A DNA stretch of 64,000 nt from Clostridia bacterium (GCA_035409945.1 DAONQC010000002.1:128403-192402); one strand, 5' to 3'; counted from the stretch's first letter, positions 7,679 through 18,526 are shown. The notes: generated from the letters alone by a model not told the origin. A program made the numbers and translations.

Positions 7679-9322
7679 TTATTTATCTTCTATATCATCT
7701 TCTTGAGGTGGAAGTATTATAAAATCACCATCTAACATGCTAGAAAACCTTCTATCTTTTTCTACACTTTCATCTCTTCCATAAATGTTAATTTCAGTAT
7801 CTAAAAATCTATTATTTTCGCCATATGTGAAATCACCTATAACCAGTGCTTTTTCCATTTTCTTTTCTGCTCTTCTCTTTTCTAGTTCTTCATGTATTCT
7901 TGCCCTATCTTCAGGTGTATATTTCAACATAAGAAGTGGTATTAAATTCATAACTGAACCAGCTATAGGAGCTAGTGAATAAAGTGGCCATGCCCATTTG
8001 GTAAACTCTGCTGATAGTGGAGCATTGGGGTTTGCCACAAACTTTTCAGGTTCAAATTTTAGTAGTGTAAGTGTAAGACCAGAGAAAAATGATGAGATAC
8101 TTCCTGTCATTTTCGATAAGAAGTTTTGCATTGAAAAAACTGTTCCTTCATTCCTTTGCCCTGTTTTCCATTCGGTATAGTCAACACTATCACTCCATAA
8201 TGCAGTAGTTGCAATGCCACACATATTCGACGGAAAATTAATCAGCGCATGCATAGCGCAAACTACAATCAGTCGCCAGCCTTCATACCCTACAAAAAAC
8301 ATAATTATTCTACAGACAATGTTAGCAACAGACGATATAACTAAAAGATTTTTCATCCCACCAAATTTTTTAGCAAAATATGGTGTGAAAAATATAGAGA
8401 AAAATCCTGGTAGTCCTGAAAGTATTAAAAACGGCAGTAAAATAGTTGCACCATTAACCACTTTGCCACCAATATTAACTCTCACCATTGTTTGGAAGAA
8501 ATTTATTTGAGATAGGTTAAGCACGCAAACATTTAATATAGAGCCGATAGCAATCATTATTACTATTTTGTTGTGCTTCAAAAGACGAAAACCACCTAAC
8601 ATCTTTTTCTCGGGTGGTAAGTTAGGAACTCTTTCATTTATCTTTGAAAAAACTAAGGTTAATAACATTCCCCCAAAACCAAACACTACACCAAGCAATA
8701 TAAAAAGTTGAGTTAAGGTTATAGGGATAATACCATCTAAAACAAGCCCTACTACTGTTGTTATAAGCCCTGGTATTAGTCCTCCAAACATTCCACCTAT
8801 TCGACCCACATATGCCGCTTTTTCTCGTCGTTCTGGCAAATTTGAAATTCTAGCGACCATGCCCCACTGTGCCGTATCTTGGAAACTATAAAAAGTGTCC
8901 CATACAAAATATATACTTGAAACATAGGCAATTTTTGCAGCGTATGATGAAAATCCCCAATTTACAAATAACAAGCAAGCCATTATTCCAATGGGGATAG
9001 CAAAAATTCTAAGATATGGTTTTAATTTATCACCAGACTTTGGAGTCCTAGCATCTATTATTGCACCAGCTAAGGGATCATTAACAGCATCCCAACCACG
9101 CATAACACCAAGTATAACACCGGTATGCATAGGCTTTATAAACAACACAAAGTTGCAAAAATATTCAAACCAACCCGAAACAAGGTTATAGGTATGATTT
9201 TGACCCGCGACACCTAAGCCGAACCAGAATAACTCTTTATTTTGTACATCATATTTGGGATTTTCTTTGAAAATTCTAGATAACAAACCCTTTTTGCCAG
9301 TATACTGCTTTGTTTTAGCCAT
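7679..9322 (-). CDS. Glycoside-pentoside-hexuronide (GPH/MelB-type) cation symporter family transporter
   Basis: Multi-TM ORF with the GPH signature region GVMRGWDAVNDPLAGAIID. The track start (TTG 9340) is probably spurious. ATG 9322 is preceded by AGGTGGGGG. Confidence 0.65.
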   Translation of the reverse strand: MAKTKQYTGKKGLLSRIFKENPKYDVQNKELFWFGLGVAGQNHTYNLVSGWFEYFCNFVLFIKPMHTGVILGVMRGWDAVNDPLAGAIIDARTPKSGDKLKPYLRIFAIPIGIMACLLFVNWGFSSYAAKIAYVSSIYFVWDTFYSFQDTAQWGMVARISNLPERREKAAYVGRIGGMFGGLIPGLITTVVGLVLDGIIPITLTQLFILLGVVFGFGGMLLTLVFSKINERVPNLPPEKKMLGGFRLLKHNKIVIMIAIGSILNVCVLNLSQINFFQTMVRVNIGGKVVNGATILLPFLILSGLPGFFSIFFTPYFAKKFGGMKNLLVISSVANIVCRIIMFFVGYEGWRLIVVCAMHALINFPSNMCGIATTALWSDSVDYTEWKTGQRNEGTVFSMQNFLSKMTGSISSFFSGLTLTLLKFEPEKFVANPNAPLSAEFTKWAWPLYSLAPIAGSVMNLIPLLMLKYTPEDRARIHEELEKRRAEKKMEKALVIGDFTYGENNRFLDTEINIYGRDESVEKDRRFSSMLDGDFIILPPQEDDIEDK

Positions 9323-9349
9323 GCTCCCCCCCACCTTCAAGTTATAAAA

Positions 9350-9378
9350 AGTTTATCACAAATATACTGTATCTTCAA
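9350..9378 (-). promoter_or_regulatory. Candidate promoter of the GPH transporter gene
   Basis: Minus strand TTGAAG-N17-TAAACT with TG at the extended -10 position (GTGATAAACT). Confidence 0.4.
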
Positions 9379-9414
9379 TACCAAATACATAAGCACATGC
9401 GCATGTAATTCAAA

Positions 9415-9500
9415 GTTAATTGTCATAGTAAGTGCAACGGTAAGGCGCACGGGCATAAAAACTTCTCAAACTAAGTGCAACTACTGAGTCTAATGTTAAA
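9415..9500 (-). repeat. GTTGCACTTAC-family intergenic element, locus B
   Basis: The plus strand reads GTTAATTGTCATAGTAAGTGCAACGGTAAGGCGCACGGGC, followed by weaker copies (CTAAGTGCAAC, AGGCAACAGGTAA). In the sense of the downstream gene this is ...CCGTTGCACTTACTATGACAATTAAC. Confidence 0.7.
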
Positions 9501-9636
9501 AGGCAACAGGTAATTTTTATAGTAACTGGAGTTACAGATAAGCTTCCGCTTAGCCAATATAAACACGATTATTAGGTAAGTAATCTTTTCAGTACGTATT
9601 TTAAGTTTATCTTAAAAACTAATTTTTACTCCAGCA

Positions 9637-10845
9637 CTATTCTTCTTTTGATTCCATCATAACAGGTTGATCGCCTAACACTATATCTAACACTCTAAAC
9701 ACATCCAGTAAAGTACGGAAAGTATTGTCTATTATTACACTATACCACTTCATTTTTGCCTTGTTAGAGGATTTTGGAAAGCGAGATCTTTGAATTGATG
9801 GATGAAGCTCTTTTAAGAGATTATATCGAGCTTCATCTACTTTCACCAAGAACAACATTTTGTTGTTTTCTAGCTCATATATGTATGCAAAACAATATCT
9901 CCCACTAGCTCTTAAGTCATAGTGTGTATCTGCTAGCGGAAGGCCTGTTTGGGTATAATTTTCTCGGCAATTTAACTCTAAATTACTTCCATATTTATGT
10001 TGTAAATACACAGCTACCTTCTCTTTGTTAATTTCAAAATCTACACTTACTTTCTTACTTGCAATATCAATTATTTCTCCTAATTCTAATCCTTCTTCGT
10101 CTTTTTCTAAGATTAAATCAAGAATTTTATATAAGTCGTCTCCACATACAAAAGTATCATCTACAAATATGCAATACCACCTTTTACTTTCATCCTTTCT
10201 ATGTCTTGGAAAACTACTCTTGTTAATTAAAGGATGTTTCTTTTTAATTACTCTTTCTATATGAGGTTCTATTTTTACTAATAAAAACACCCTGCCATCC
10301 CTAAGCTCATAGACATATACAAAGCATTCCCTACCACCATCTCTTAAATCGTAGTGCGTGTCTGCAAGTGGTAAATTTCCACTAGCATTGTAATTAGCTC
10401 TTCTGTTTAACTCAACATATGCACCATGTTTTCTTTCTAAATAGTCAGCAATACTTTTCTTGGTTATCTCAGATTTTCCAACTGTAAATTCACCCGCCAA
10501 AGCCATTGCCTCTTTAAATCCAAATTCTTTTTCTTCGAATTCTTCTTTGATAATATCTTGTTCAACAAAATCTTGTACCAGCCATTCATCTGCCTTTTCA
10601 GTGGGTGCAGGTGCAACCTCTTTTTCAACTAGCTTTGTATCCGCTACCTCCTTTGGCGTTATGTTTTTTGGCGCATCAGCAAAGGGCACAGTATCTGCTT
10701 TTGCACTTCTTTTCTTTTGATACTTTATGAGTAGATAGATAATTACAATCGTAAGTATTGCAATGATAACCCCCAGCACTATTGCTGCAATTATCTCTCC
10801 TTGGGTCGGCGGTCTCCTTATGACTGCTGATAGAATGTTTAACAT
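9637..10845 (-). CDS. Single-pass membrane protein with two tandem ~125-aa domains of unknown function (possibly YjbR/MmcQ-like fold)
   Basis: N-terminal TM segment IIAAIVLGVIIAILTIVIIYLLI and an acidic linker. Then two paralogous modules sharing Y(L)xxKxGxxxELNxRxNY...LPLADTHYDLRxxGRxCFxYxYEL...LLVK...HPxIxxSxFP...K(R)WYxxxxDxTF...LDxxL. Confidence 0.5.
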   Translation of the reverse strand: MLNILSAVIRRPPTQGEIIAAIVLGVIIAILTIVIIYLLIKYQKKRSAKADTVPFADAPKNITPKEVADTKLVEKEVAPAPTEKADEWLVQDFVEQDIIKEEFEEKEFGFKEAMALAGEFTVGKSEITKKSIADYLERKHGAYVELNRRANYNASGNLPLADTHYDLRDGGRECFVYVYELRDGRVFLLVKIEPHIERVIKKKHPLINKSSFPRHRKDESKRWYCIFVDDTFVCGDDLYKILDLILEKDEEGLELGEIIDIASKKVSVDFEINKEKVAVYLQHKYGSNLELNCRENYTQTGLPLADTHYDLRASGRYCFAYIYELENNKMLFLVKVDEARYNLLKELHPSIQRSRFPKSSNKAKMKWYSVIIDNTFRTLLDVFRVLDIVLGDQPVMMESKEE

Positions 10846-10964
10846 GGTATTTCTCTCCTTAACTATTTTGTTACAGTGTATTATGTTGTTTTTGTTTTTA
10901 CCGTCTTTTCGGATTTAATTAATTTAAACCTTTGTTTTATATTGCTTTTCTTTTGTTCAACTTT

Positions 10965-11124
10965 GAGTATTACAAGTAGAATGTATATTTGGTTACTATG
11001 CGGGTATTTTTACGGTTTTGTTGGGTTTCTTTTGTTTGGTTTTAAGTATTACAAGTAGAATGTGTATTTAGCTACTATGCAAGTACTTTTGTGGTTTTGT
11101 TGGATTTACTTTTATTTGGTCTTC
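10965..11124. repeat. 79-bp tandem duplication spanning the stop codon of the 2483-aa gene
   Basis: Copy a is 10965-11043 and copy b is 11044-11124 (about 85% identical by eye: AGTATTACAAGTAGAATGT(A/G)TATTT...). Copy b contains the real stop (11075) and the last ~50 coding nt. A weaker third copy lies at about 10885-10960. Confidence 0.85.
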
Positions 11125-14100
11125 TTTGATTGTAACTATCATCTTTTTCTTTATTTCTACGTTCAATTACTATGATGATAAAGATTAGTTGAATGATTAT
11201 GATAGATAGTAAAAGTAGTATTAGCCAGAACCAGCTATAGTAGGTATCAGCAGGTTTTGCAATTACAAAATCGCCCGTTGATAATATGTCAAATACTAGC
11301 TCATCACCATCTACTATCACTTCTTTTTCCACAATGCGATTATCTTCTATTATGTATATGGTATAACGTTCACCATCTTCAACTTTTGGAAGATCGGGGT
11401 GTATTTTCATTCGGACTGTAATAACTGTACCAGGATGAACTTCCTTATCTCCAATCATTACTTTTATGTTGTATGCTTGTGCAGTCTGCTTATCATTTGG
11501 AATTACAATCTTTTTATCAGCTGTATCTATGGGGATGACTGAAATTACAAGAAATGCTTCTTTATCAAAACCGTCTGGAGATGTCCCTTCTCCATATACT
11601 GATTCTGTATCGTCTGGGTCTATTGCTGGATCTGTTGTTATAACCTTAAGAAATTCACCATATGTGGCAGTATATGTTTTATCCCCTGTCACAACAGTTA
11701 TCTCGGGAGTCCAACCTTCGACTCTATATATATACCTATCATCACTACCTTCACGGCTAAAAGCAGGACCGTCATAACTTGGCAAGTCCCCGTATGCAAC
11801 TATACTTGTAGAAAGCACTGTACTATCGTCATTTTTCCAAGTGATAGTATACATGTTAACTGTAGAGGCAAAGTTAGCAGTAATAGTTATGTTCCCATTC
11901 ACTACTGTGCTACTACTTGTCCAGCCTGTAAAGGTGTATGTATATTGATCCGTAGGCCTCATTACTTCAGCAACTATTTCTACTCCGTGTATCACAAGAG
12001 TTTTGCTGGTACCACATCTAAATTGAGTTCCGTAAGGCACATTCGGTATGGATTTAATCTTTACATTACCATAATCAACATTGGAACTAACTATCGTAAC
12101 TGTGTACTTATTTATCTCCCATTTTGCAAATAAGTCTAAATCTGTTGATGGCATCTTGTTAAATACATATTCAACTCCTGAAAAATCTTCAGCTATAAAC
12201 CAACCCCTAAATGCATGACCTTCCTTTGTTGGGTCAACAGGTTTTGTAACTGGCGTGTTATAGTTTTGTGTTATGCTTCCTACTGGACTTCCACCATTGG
12301 TGTGGAAAGTGATTGTGGTTGGTCCTGCAAGCCAATTGGCATATAATGTGGTATCACTAGTAATCATTGTTATAACATTGCCTAATTTGTCATAAACTTT
12401 TGTAACACCACCATCTAAATACCAACCCAAAAAGGCGCAACCCTCTTTACTTGGGATAGGCACATCTATTTGATTTCCATAGGTTTTAGCATCATACAGT
12501 GTTCCGACTCCATCTACATAATATGCATATTCTAATGTGTCTGGTGTGCCTCCATCATAATTGAATGTCACTTTATGCCTAGGCACATCCACTAGTTTTA
12601 TAAAATTCCCTTCACCTTTAAGAACATACTTGCTACTATCTGCAAGTCTAAATCTTATGACATTAGCATTTGCTTTGCCTTCTCCTAGAGCAGTAGTATC
12701 TGCAATTATAGTCCCTTCAACATATTCATCTGAAACGCGAACAGGACGAACTATAAGTTTATTACTTAGCTCATAAATTGCGCCTGCTCTTAGGGTTAAA
12801 AACTTATTTTCAGCAAGCTCTATTATTCCATTAACATACACTCCTTGCTCAATGTTTAGTATCCCATTTTGAGAAATTGAGACACCGTTAGTGGCAAAAC
12901 CTAGATTAATTTTCTTAAGTGTCATAATCCCATTATTTATTATAACAGCAGTTGTTGATAGGTCAGGATTATTACATTCTCTAATATCTACATTATTAAG
13001 GAATAAAAAGCCACCTGCATCTACATTAAATGTCGTACCTGACTTACCTTCTGCAGTAAACAGTAAATTAGATATTCTCACATCACAGTGACTAGCTATA
13101 GTAAAAAGAGGTGCTATATGACCCAAGTATCTTTGGATTATGACCTTTTTGCCTAAACGTAACTGAATGTTTTTAGATAATGAATTAAACGATGTTTCTG
13201 TAAAACGGATATCATCATCAATGGTGTATTCATCCACCATACATATAATTGCTCCAGTTTCTGTAGACTTTGTGTATGCTGCTTCTAATGTTTTTAATGC
13301 GGTTAATGCTGTTAGTCCATCATTAGAATCATCGCCCGTTGCTTGTGAAACATAGTACATCCCAGCTGCATATCTTAAAAGTTCTATATCTTTTCTTTCA
13401 GTTCCATCTTTAACTAAAATATCATAACCTTGTTCCTTTACAGCATAATGCAAGTCAAAAAAGCTTTCGTCCAAAACTTCATCTATATATACTTTACCAA
13501 TTTCTGGAGTGGTCATATTAAATGTAATAGCCGTTGAAACTCTAAATGTTTCGTCACATGCAATAGTTCCACCATTAAGTAAAACTTCTCCGTCCATGTT
13601 AAACCTTCCAGATAAAGTTAATACGCCTGAATTGATTGACAACATTACATCATCTCCTAATTCAGTATGCTTTCTAATGTAAATGTGAGCTTTGCTTGTT
13701 ATGGTAAGCGGACCGTCAATTGGTAGAGTGTCCATAATATAAATAGTTCCTTCTCTTTGCCCCATTACCTCCAATGCTTTTTGTAATGTAGCAAAAGGAT
13801 CAGCTTTTGTACCTGCACCCGAATCTGAACCAGTGCTCTTAACATAGTATGTAGCCAGTGTTTTAGAAGCAAGCACAAGGTTTAAACCAGCTTTTTCAAG
13901 CGTTTTGGCATTATCTGTCAATGCAAAGTAGTCAGTATTAGTATTATTTGTTACTACAGTATCGCCATCAACATGCTCATCTAGCTTAATGGACACGGGT
14001 AAATTATTTGAATAAGCATTAGCATCAAATGTTGATTTTCCTCCCAGTCTGATCGCACCGCTATCTTGATATATGAGCTCAGGTGAATCTGTCAATTTCA

Positions 14101-17100
14101 AACTTCCACCATTAACATAAACGATGTGCCCTTTAGGATTAAACAGAGCGCTTGGACTATCTTTCCCTAAAATATTTATCTTTCCAGAAATGGTTAATAT
14201 TCCTGAATTAACTGTGAACATGTCGTCAGTAAACGGAGCATAATATACATTATTGATTAGACCACCAGGATATCTTATTATATTAATTCCCTCTAAATCT
14301 GTTGTTAATAGAGTGTCGCTATCAATGGTGATACCATCTAACATATAATAGACAGAATATGGCTCTAGTTTTGCCAGTAACCCTTCAACTGAATTAAATG
14401 GACTATGTGCACTACCATCGCCATTTGTTAGTTTTGTACCATCTATATATCCACCTATATATGAAATAACTACATTAACACCATTTTTTGCTAAAATCGC
14501 ATTACTACCTATATAATCAAAGTTTTGTATATACTGACTTGCATCTGTAATAACACGTTTCCCTGGTACAACCAACACAGTACCACGAGCTTGATTATAT
14601 GAATCAATTTTATATTTAAAATCCGTTCTGGTAAAAAGACCATCTAACACAATAACAACATCATCAGGATTTGAATCTCTATTATTTAGATAGATATCTC
14701 CATCTATATCTCCGTCCATGTTTATGAATGTTAAAGCTCCTTTAGTTGTGTTTTGGGAAACTTCAAACGCGTGTAGCGTACCTGAATTCTGGCTATCAGA
14801 TGTTGGTATATTTCCATTAATTTTTATTCCACCCACCGTAACTCTCGCTTGATTTCCGTCCACATTCACAACAGTAAAGGGCGCATATGCGCCAGAGCGT
14901 ATACGATTATTAATTATTTCCCCTCCTGATAACTTCAGTTTTCCATTATGTGCACCTATAACTCTAAAAGCCTCATTAGAAGCAATATATCCGCCTTTAA
15001 TAATTGCCGTGCCACGATTTACAGTTATAAGTGCGTATTCGCATTTGTTTTCTATAATGCTACCACCTTCCATAGTAAATGTACCACCAACAGATGCATC
15101 AAACATACTATTACCAGTGTTGTTTTTAAATATTCCACCTTTTATTACAAAACTACTACCAATAGCACCTACTGCATCATCTGCAACAAAAGCTATTGAG
15201 GCTCCTACAGTTGAGCTATTGCCTTCAAATCGACCGTTTGTAACAATTGCTTCTGAGCCAGTAATTATATGCATAAAATAACCACGGAACATGTTATTTA
15301 AAAAATTAGTACCGTTAAAATATGCTTTCCCCGAACTAAATTGAATAAAACCTGACTGCTCCACAATATTTCCGCTCATTTCACCACCATTGAAATTAGT
15401 AATTGACCCAGTCGATAAAGACATAAACGGTCTATGATTAGGAATTATAGTGTTATTAGAAAAAAGTCCGCCATTCATATTGAAAACCGATACATCATGC
15501 ATCGCCATCATTGTTGCGCATATGTTTTCATCAATCACCCCTGCGTTCATAATAAATTCGCTTCCGTTTGTAATTCTAAATAATTCACCTACTACATTAT
15601 TATTAATTTCCGTTCCTGAAATAACTATTTTTGAACCCACAACAGTTGCTAGTGCTGATTCGGTATTGTTAGTAATAAGATTATTAGAATGAATTTTTCC
15701 ACTATTAAGATATATAGCAGAGCTGTCTGTTATCACAAAAAAACCATAGCCAGTGTTGTTTCTAATCTCTCCACCGTTCATTTCAAACTCTGAATTACCA
15801 TATAAATAAACTGCATTTCCATATCCAACAAGTGTATTATCCTCAATAAGTCCATTGTTAAATATAAAACTCCCACCATTACTAATGCTTGCAAATTGGT
15901 ACTTAGTTTCAGTAATTTTTCCTCCATTCATAATAAATGAGTTTTGTCCATTCATATACACGACCGAGCTGAAACCCTTAATTACAGTATTCTCTCCCAT
16001 AACAAAGCTCGCACCTGTTACTCCTCCTTGCATCTTAACAAGACTATTATTGCCCGTAATATGGTCGTTACAAACAGTAAATACTACATTCTGAGTAGAA
16101 AATGTTACCCCACTTCCAAGCACGATTCTGTCATTTAAGGATGGGCTAAAATATATCGATACATCCCAAGTTGCACTGGTTCCTCCAGCATCATTAGTTA
16201 TTTTACCGTCTAAGTTATAATTACTATTAATTGGCACAACACCTAAAACCATTATAGAATAGTAGTGCAAATCGCCTGTTGGGTCATTTTTTAATATTTG
16301 TAAAGCTTTTTCAAAAGTTTGTACTGATGTCTCTGTAGTTAATCCATCATTAGTATCGATACCACTAGTACCACCGACAAATATAAAACTTCCTGTTACA
16401 ACATATTTAGAGTCTTGTTTCACAATATCTATTTTTTCATTCACAGCAACGCTTTTTATATACGTTGCGGTACTTGTATTAACCAGGGTTTTCCCGATCA
16501 TTTCTGGTCCGACAGAAACTTCGAATTGTTGAGTCGCTAGTGTATCATCTTCAATGATTGGTGCAGTTGTTGCATTATATGCTGAAAATCTCAGTGGCTT
16601 TTTGCTGTTTTTGGTTAAAGTTACCGTTCCACCCACAACATTAATGTAATTAACCTCACCCCCAGCGTATATAAACGATCCTTCATCATAAACTCTTACA
16701 CTCCCCCTAATGGCCCCATTTTTTAATGTTAATTTGCCTGAAGAACTAAAGATTGTAAATAAATCTGTAGTATCATAACCTGAAAACTCTATCCCTGCTT
16801 TATCAATTTCAAAGTTGTCTTGAACATCATGAGTCCTAATAAGCACAATCTTGCTTAAACCGTATATATCCAGTAACTCATATGCCTTCTCAAATGTTCG
16901 GACCGCACATGTAACACCTAATCCGCTTAGTGTGTCATCCCCAGCGGCTGTGTCTAAAAATATAGCTTCGCTCCATATTACCCAATAACTTTTTGAATAA
17001 CCAGGCTTTCGTGATATTTTCGCCTCTTTTATTGAGAGTGGGTTACCACCACAATCTCTAATTATTAATTTATCACCAAGCTGGATTGATTCGTCACTTT

Positions 17101-18526
17101 TCTGAGCAATAAAATCACCATGTTTCCAATCCTCATCTAAGTGCATTACAAGAGAGTCAACCAACGAAGATGTAAATGTAAGAGTTATTCCAGACTTTAA
17201 TAAAGTTCCCTTTCCGCTTATAACATTAATTTTTGTAAGTGGCCAAATGGAATCGTATGATAAGTAATTATCACTATTAAATGCGACACCTACGCCACCG
17301 TCTAGTACTTTAATTGGCTCTTCTACATGTGGAGCAGCTAATGTTGCACCAACACCACCTAATACAACACCTACCGAATAGATGTCTTGTACTTCTATAT
17401 ACCCATCAGATTCAATTACAACTTTGCCTTGGTTTGCGTTAATACCTATACCTTTTGAGACATACATCTTAGCATTTAGCGTAAATTGCTGCCCCGCGAT
17501 TAAAGTCACGGAACCAAATTGACCTGTATATATGCCTTCAGGAAAATCACTTGAGTTCCATTGCTGATTACTACTTACAGAAAGATTGCCTGCTAGCACT
17601 AATTTATTTATTATGTTGGGCTGAATTGCATTTTGTTCTATGGCTATTTCTACAGCTCTTGCATATGTCTTGACAGGTTGATCTAATTTTGCCCCAGTAA
17701 AAGTATCATCCCCATCATCTGATACATAAATTTTTCCGTCTACATATATTGAAGATGGAGGTGGTGGAAGGACTGGTTTTTCCTTTATGCATATATCACC
17801 GTCATCGTTTTTGTATATCTCGTAATCTTCTGCAAATGCTGAACCTAATGAAAATTTTTCAAGAGGCAAATCTAAACCTCTAGAGGCAACTACAACAGTT
17901 CCATTCTGCGTTGGTAAACTGGCAAGCTTATATGAATGTGTAGGAACATTCAAAAATGATAGTGTACTTCCTGCATCCAAGGCAATAAGTCCTTCTACTA
18001 ATACGTCGCTGTCCAAAAGGACATTACCACTTACTGCCGTGATGGCTACAGTGTCAATGGATGCGCCTTTTATATAAAAATCTTTTATGACTAGTCGTGA
18101 GTTTTTTACAAGTAGTAAACTGCCTTCATAACCATCAGCTGCTGATATTTTATTAGCTCCCGCTGTAGTTATAGTTTCGCCATCAAGTGTATAATTGCTT
18201 GTAAACTCTACACTTCCTCCTAGAATTGCTACACCTCCACCATGCTCAGAACCATTACCTACTAACTCTAATGCTTTATCTATGGTCTGAACTGGAGCGA
18301 TAGGTGTACCAGGATTAGTATCATCACCCGTCAGCCCTATTGGTTCAAGATATACATAATCATCTGGCGCAGCTAAAGCTTGTCCTGCATTTCTAATCAT
18401 AAATGTAAATAGTAGTGCTACCATTAAAAATATTAGCACCACTAATAATGAATATTTACTGTTAAACTTAACTACTTTATTCTTGTCCAAACCATCCTCC
18501 CTGTTCGTAGAATGCACCATCCACAA
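11075..18526 (-). CDS. Giant cell-surface protein: signal peptide, seven beta-helix cap-like modules, parallel beta-helix N/G-rich repeats, Listeria-Bacteroides (InlB B / Flg_new) repeats, C-terminal TM anchor
   Basis: 2483 aa. Signal-like N-terminus (LLVVLIFLMVALLFTFMIRNAGQALA). A recurring Y(V/I)xxxGxDxNxG...P(F/V)xT(I/L)xKAL module appears seven times. The central region has GG-I-NN-type ~22-aa repeats. B-repeats are present (HKVTFNYDGG...GWYLDG; TITFHTNGGSP...FRGWF). The C-terminal anchor is WFWLILLLLSIIIIQLIFIIIVIERRNKEK. Confidence 0.7.
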   Translation of the reverse strand: MWMVHSTNREDGLDKNKVVKFNSKYSLLVVLIFLMVALLFTFMIRNAGQALAAPDDYVYLEPIGLTGDDTNPGTPIAPVQTIDKALELVGNGSEHGGGVAILGGSVEFTSNYTLDGETITTAGANKISAADGYEGSLLLVKNSRLVIKDFYIKGASIDTVAITAVSGNVLLDSDVLVEGLIALDAGSTLSFLNVPTHSYKLASLPTQNGTVVVASRGLDLPLEKFSLGSAFAEDYEIYKNDDGDICIKEKPVLPPPPSSIYVDGKIYVSDDGDDTFTGAKLDQPVKTYARAVEIAIEQNAIQPNIINKLVLAGNLSVSSNQQWNSSDFPEGIYTGQFGSVTLIAGQQFTLNAKMYVSKGIGINANQGKVVIESDGYIEVQDIYSVGVVLGGVGATLAAPHVEEPIKVLDGGVGVAFNSDNYLSYDSIWPLTKINVISGKGTLLKSGITLTFTSSLVDSLVMHLDEDWKHGDFIAQKSDESIQLGDKLIIRDCGGNPLSIKEAKISRKPGYSKSYWVIWSEAIFLDTAAGDDTLSGLGVTCAVRTFEKAYELLDIYGLSKIVLIRTHDVQDNFEIDKAGIEFSGYDTTDLFTIFSSSGKLTLKNGAIRGSVRVYDEGSFIYAGGEVNYINVVGGTVTLTKNSKKPLRFSAYNATTAPIIEDDTLATQQFEVSVGPEMIGKTLVNTSTATYIKSVAVNEKIDIVKQDSKYVVTGSFIFVGGTSGIDTNDGLTTETSVQTFEKALQILKNDPTGDLHYYSIMVLGVVPINSNYNLDGKITNDAGGTSATWDVSIYFSPSLNDRIVLGSGVTFSTQNVVFTVCNDHITGNNSLVKMQGGVTGASFVMGENTVIKGFSSVVYMNGQNSFIMNGGKITETKYQFASISNGGSFIFNNGLIEDNTLVGYGNAVYLYGNSEFEMNGGEIRNNTGYGFFVITDSSAIYLNSGKIHSNNLITNNTESALATVVGSKIVISGTEINNNVVGELFRITNGSEFIMNAGVIDENICATMMAMHDVSVFNMNGGLFSNNTIIPNHRPFMSLSTGSITNFNGGEMSGNIVEQSGFIQFSSGKAYFNGTNFLNNMFRGYFMHIITGSEAIVTNGRFEGNSSTVGASIAFVADDAVGAIGSSFVIKGGIFKNNTGNSMFDASVGGTFTMEGGSIIENKCEYALITVNRGTAIIKGGYIASNEAFRVIGAHNGKLKLSGGEIINNRIRSGAYAPFTVVNVDGNQARVTVGGIKINGNIPTSDSQNSGTLHAFEVSQNTTKGALTFINMDGDIDGDIYLNNRDSNPDDVVIVLDGLFTRTDFKYKIDSYNQARGTVLVVPGKRVITDASQYIQNFDYIGSNAILAKNGVNVVISYIGGYIDGTKLTNGDGSAHSPFNSVEGLLAKLEPYSVYYMLDGITIDSDTLLTTDLEGINIIRYPGGLINNVYYAPFTDDMFTVNSGILTISGKINILGKDSPSALFNPKGHIVYVNGGSLKLTDSPELIYQDSGAIRLGGKSTFDANAYSNNLPVSIKLDEHVDGDTVVTNNTNTDYFALTDNAKTLEKAGLNLVLASKTLATYYVKSTGSDSGAGTKADPFATLQKALEVMGQREGTIYIMDTLPIDGPLTITSKAHIYIRKHTELGDDVMLSINSGVLTLSGRFNMDGEVLLNGGTIACDETFRVSTAITFNMTTPEIGKVYIDEVLDESFFDLHYAVKEQGYDILVKDGTERKDIELLRYAAGMYYVSQATGDDSNDGLTALTALKTLEAAYTKSTETGAIICMVDEYTIDDDIRFTETSFNSLSKNIQLRLGKKVIIQRYLGHIAPLFTIASHCDVRISNLLFTAEGKSGTTFNVDAGGFLFLNNVDIRECNNPDLSTTAVIINNGIMTLKKINLGFATNGVSISQNGILNIEQGVYVNGIIELAENKFLTLRAGAIYELSNKLIVRPVRVSDEYVEGTIIADTTALGEGKANANVIRFRLADSSKYVLKGEGNFIKLVDVPRHKVTFNYDGGTPDTLEYAYYVDGVGTLYDAKTYGNQIDVPIPSKEGCAFLGWYLDGGVTKVYDKLGNVITMITSDTTLYANWLAGPTTITFHTNGGSPVGSITQNYNTPVTKPVDPTKEGHAFRGWFIAEDFSGVEYVFNKMPSTDLDLFAKWEINKYTVTIVSSNVDYGNVKIKSIPNVPYGTQFRCGTSKTLVIHGVEIVAEVMRPTDQYTYTFTGWTSSSTVVNGNITITANFASTVNMYTITWKNDDSTVLSTSIVAYGDLPSYDGPAFSREGSDDRYIYRVEGWTPEITVVTGDKTYTATYGEFLKVITTDPAIDPDDTESVYGEGTSPDGFDKEAFLVISVIPIDTADKKIVIPNDKQTAQAYNIKVMIGDKEVHPGTVITVRMKIHPDLPKVEDGERYTIYIIEDNRIVEKEVIVDGDELVFDILSTGDFVIAKPADTYYSWFWLILLLLSIIIIQLIFIIIVIERRNKEKDDSYNQRRPNKSKSNKTTKVLA

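Noticed and set aside
10876-11058. A 60-aa plus-strand ORF between the 402-aa gene and the giant ORF.
   Set aside because: It lies entirely within the 79-bp tandem duplicates of the giant gene's 3' end. The hydrophobic translation is antisense-derived.
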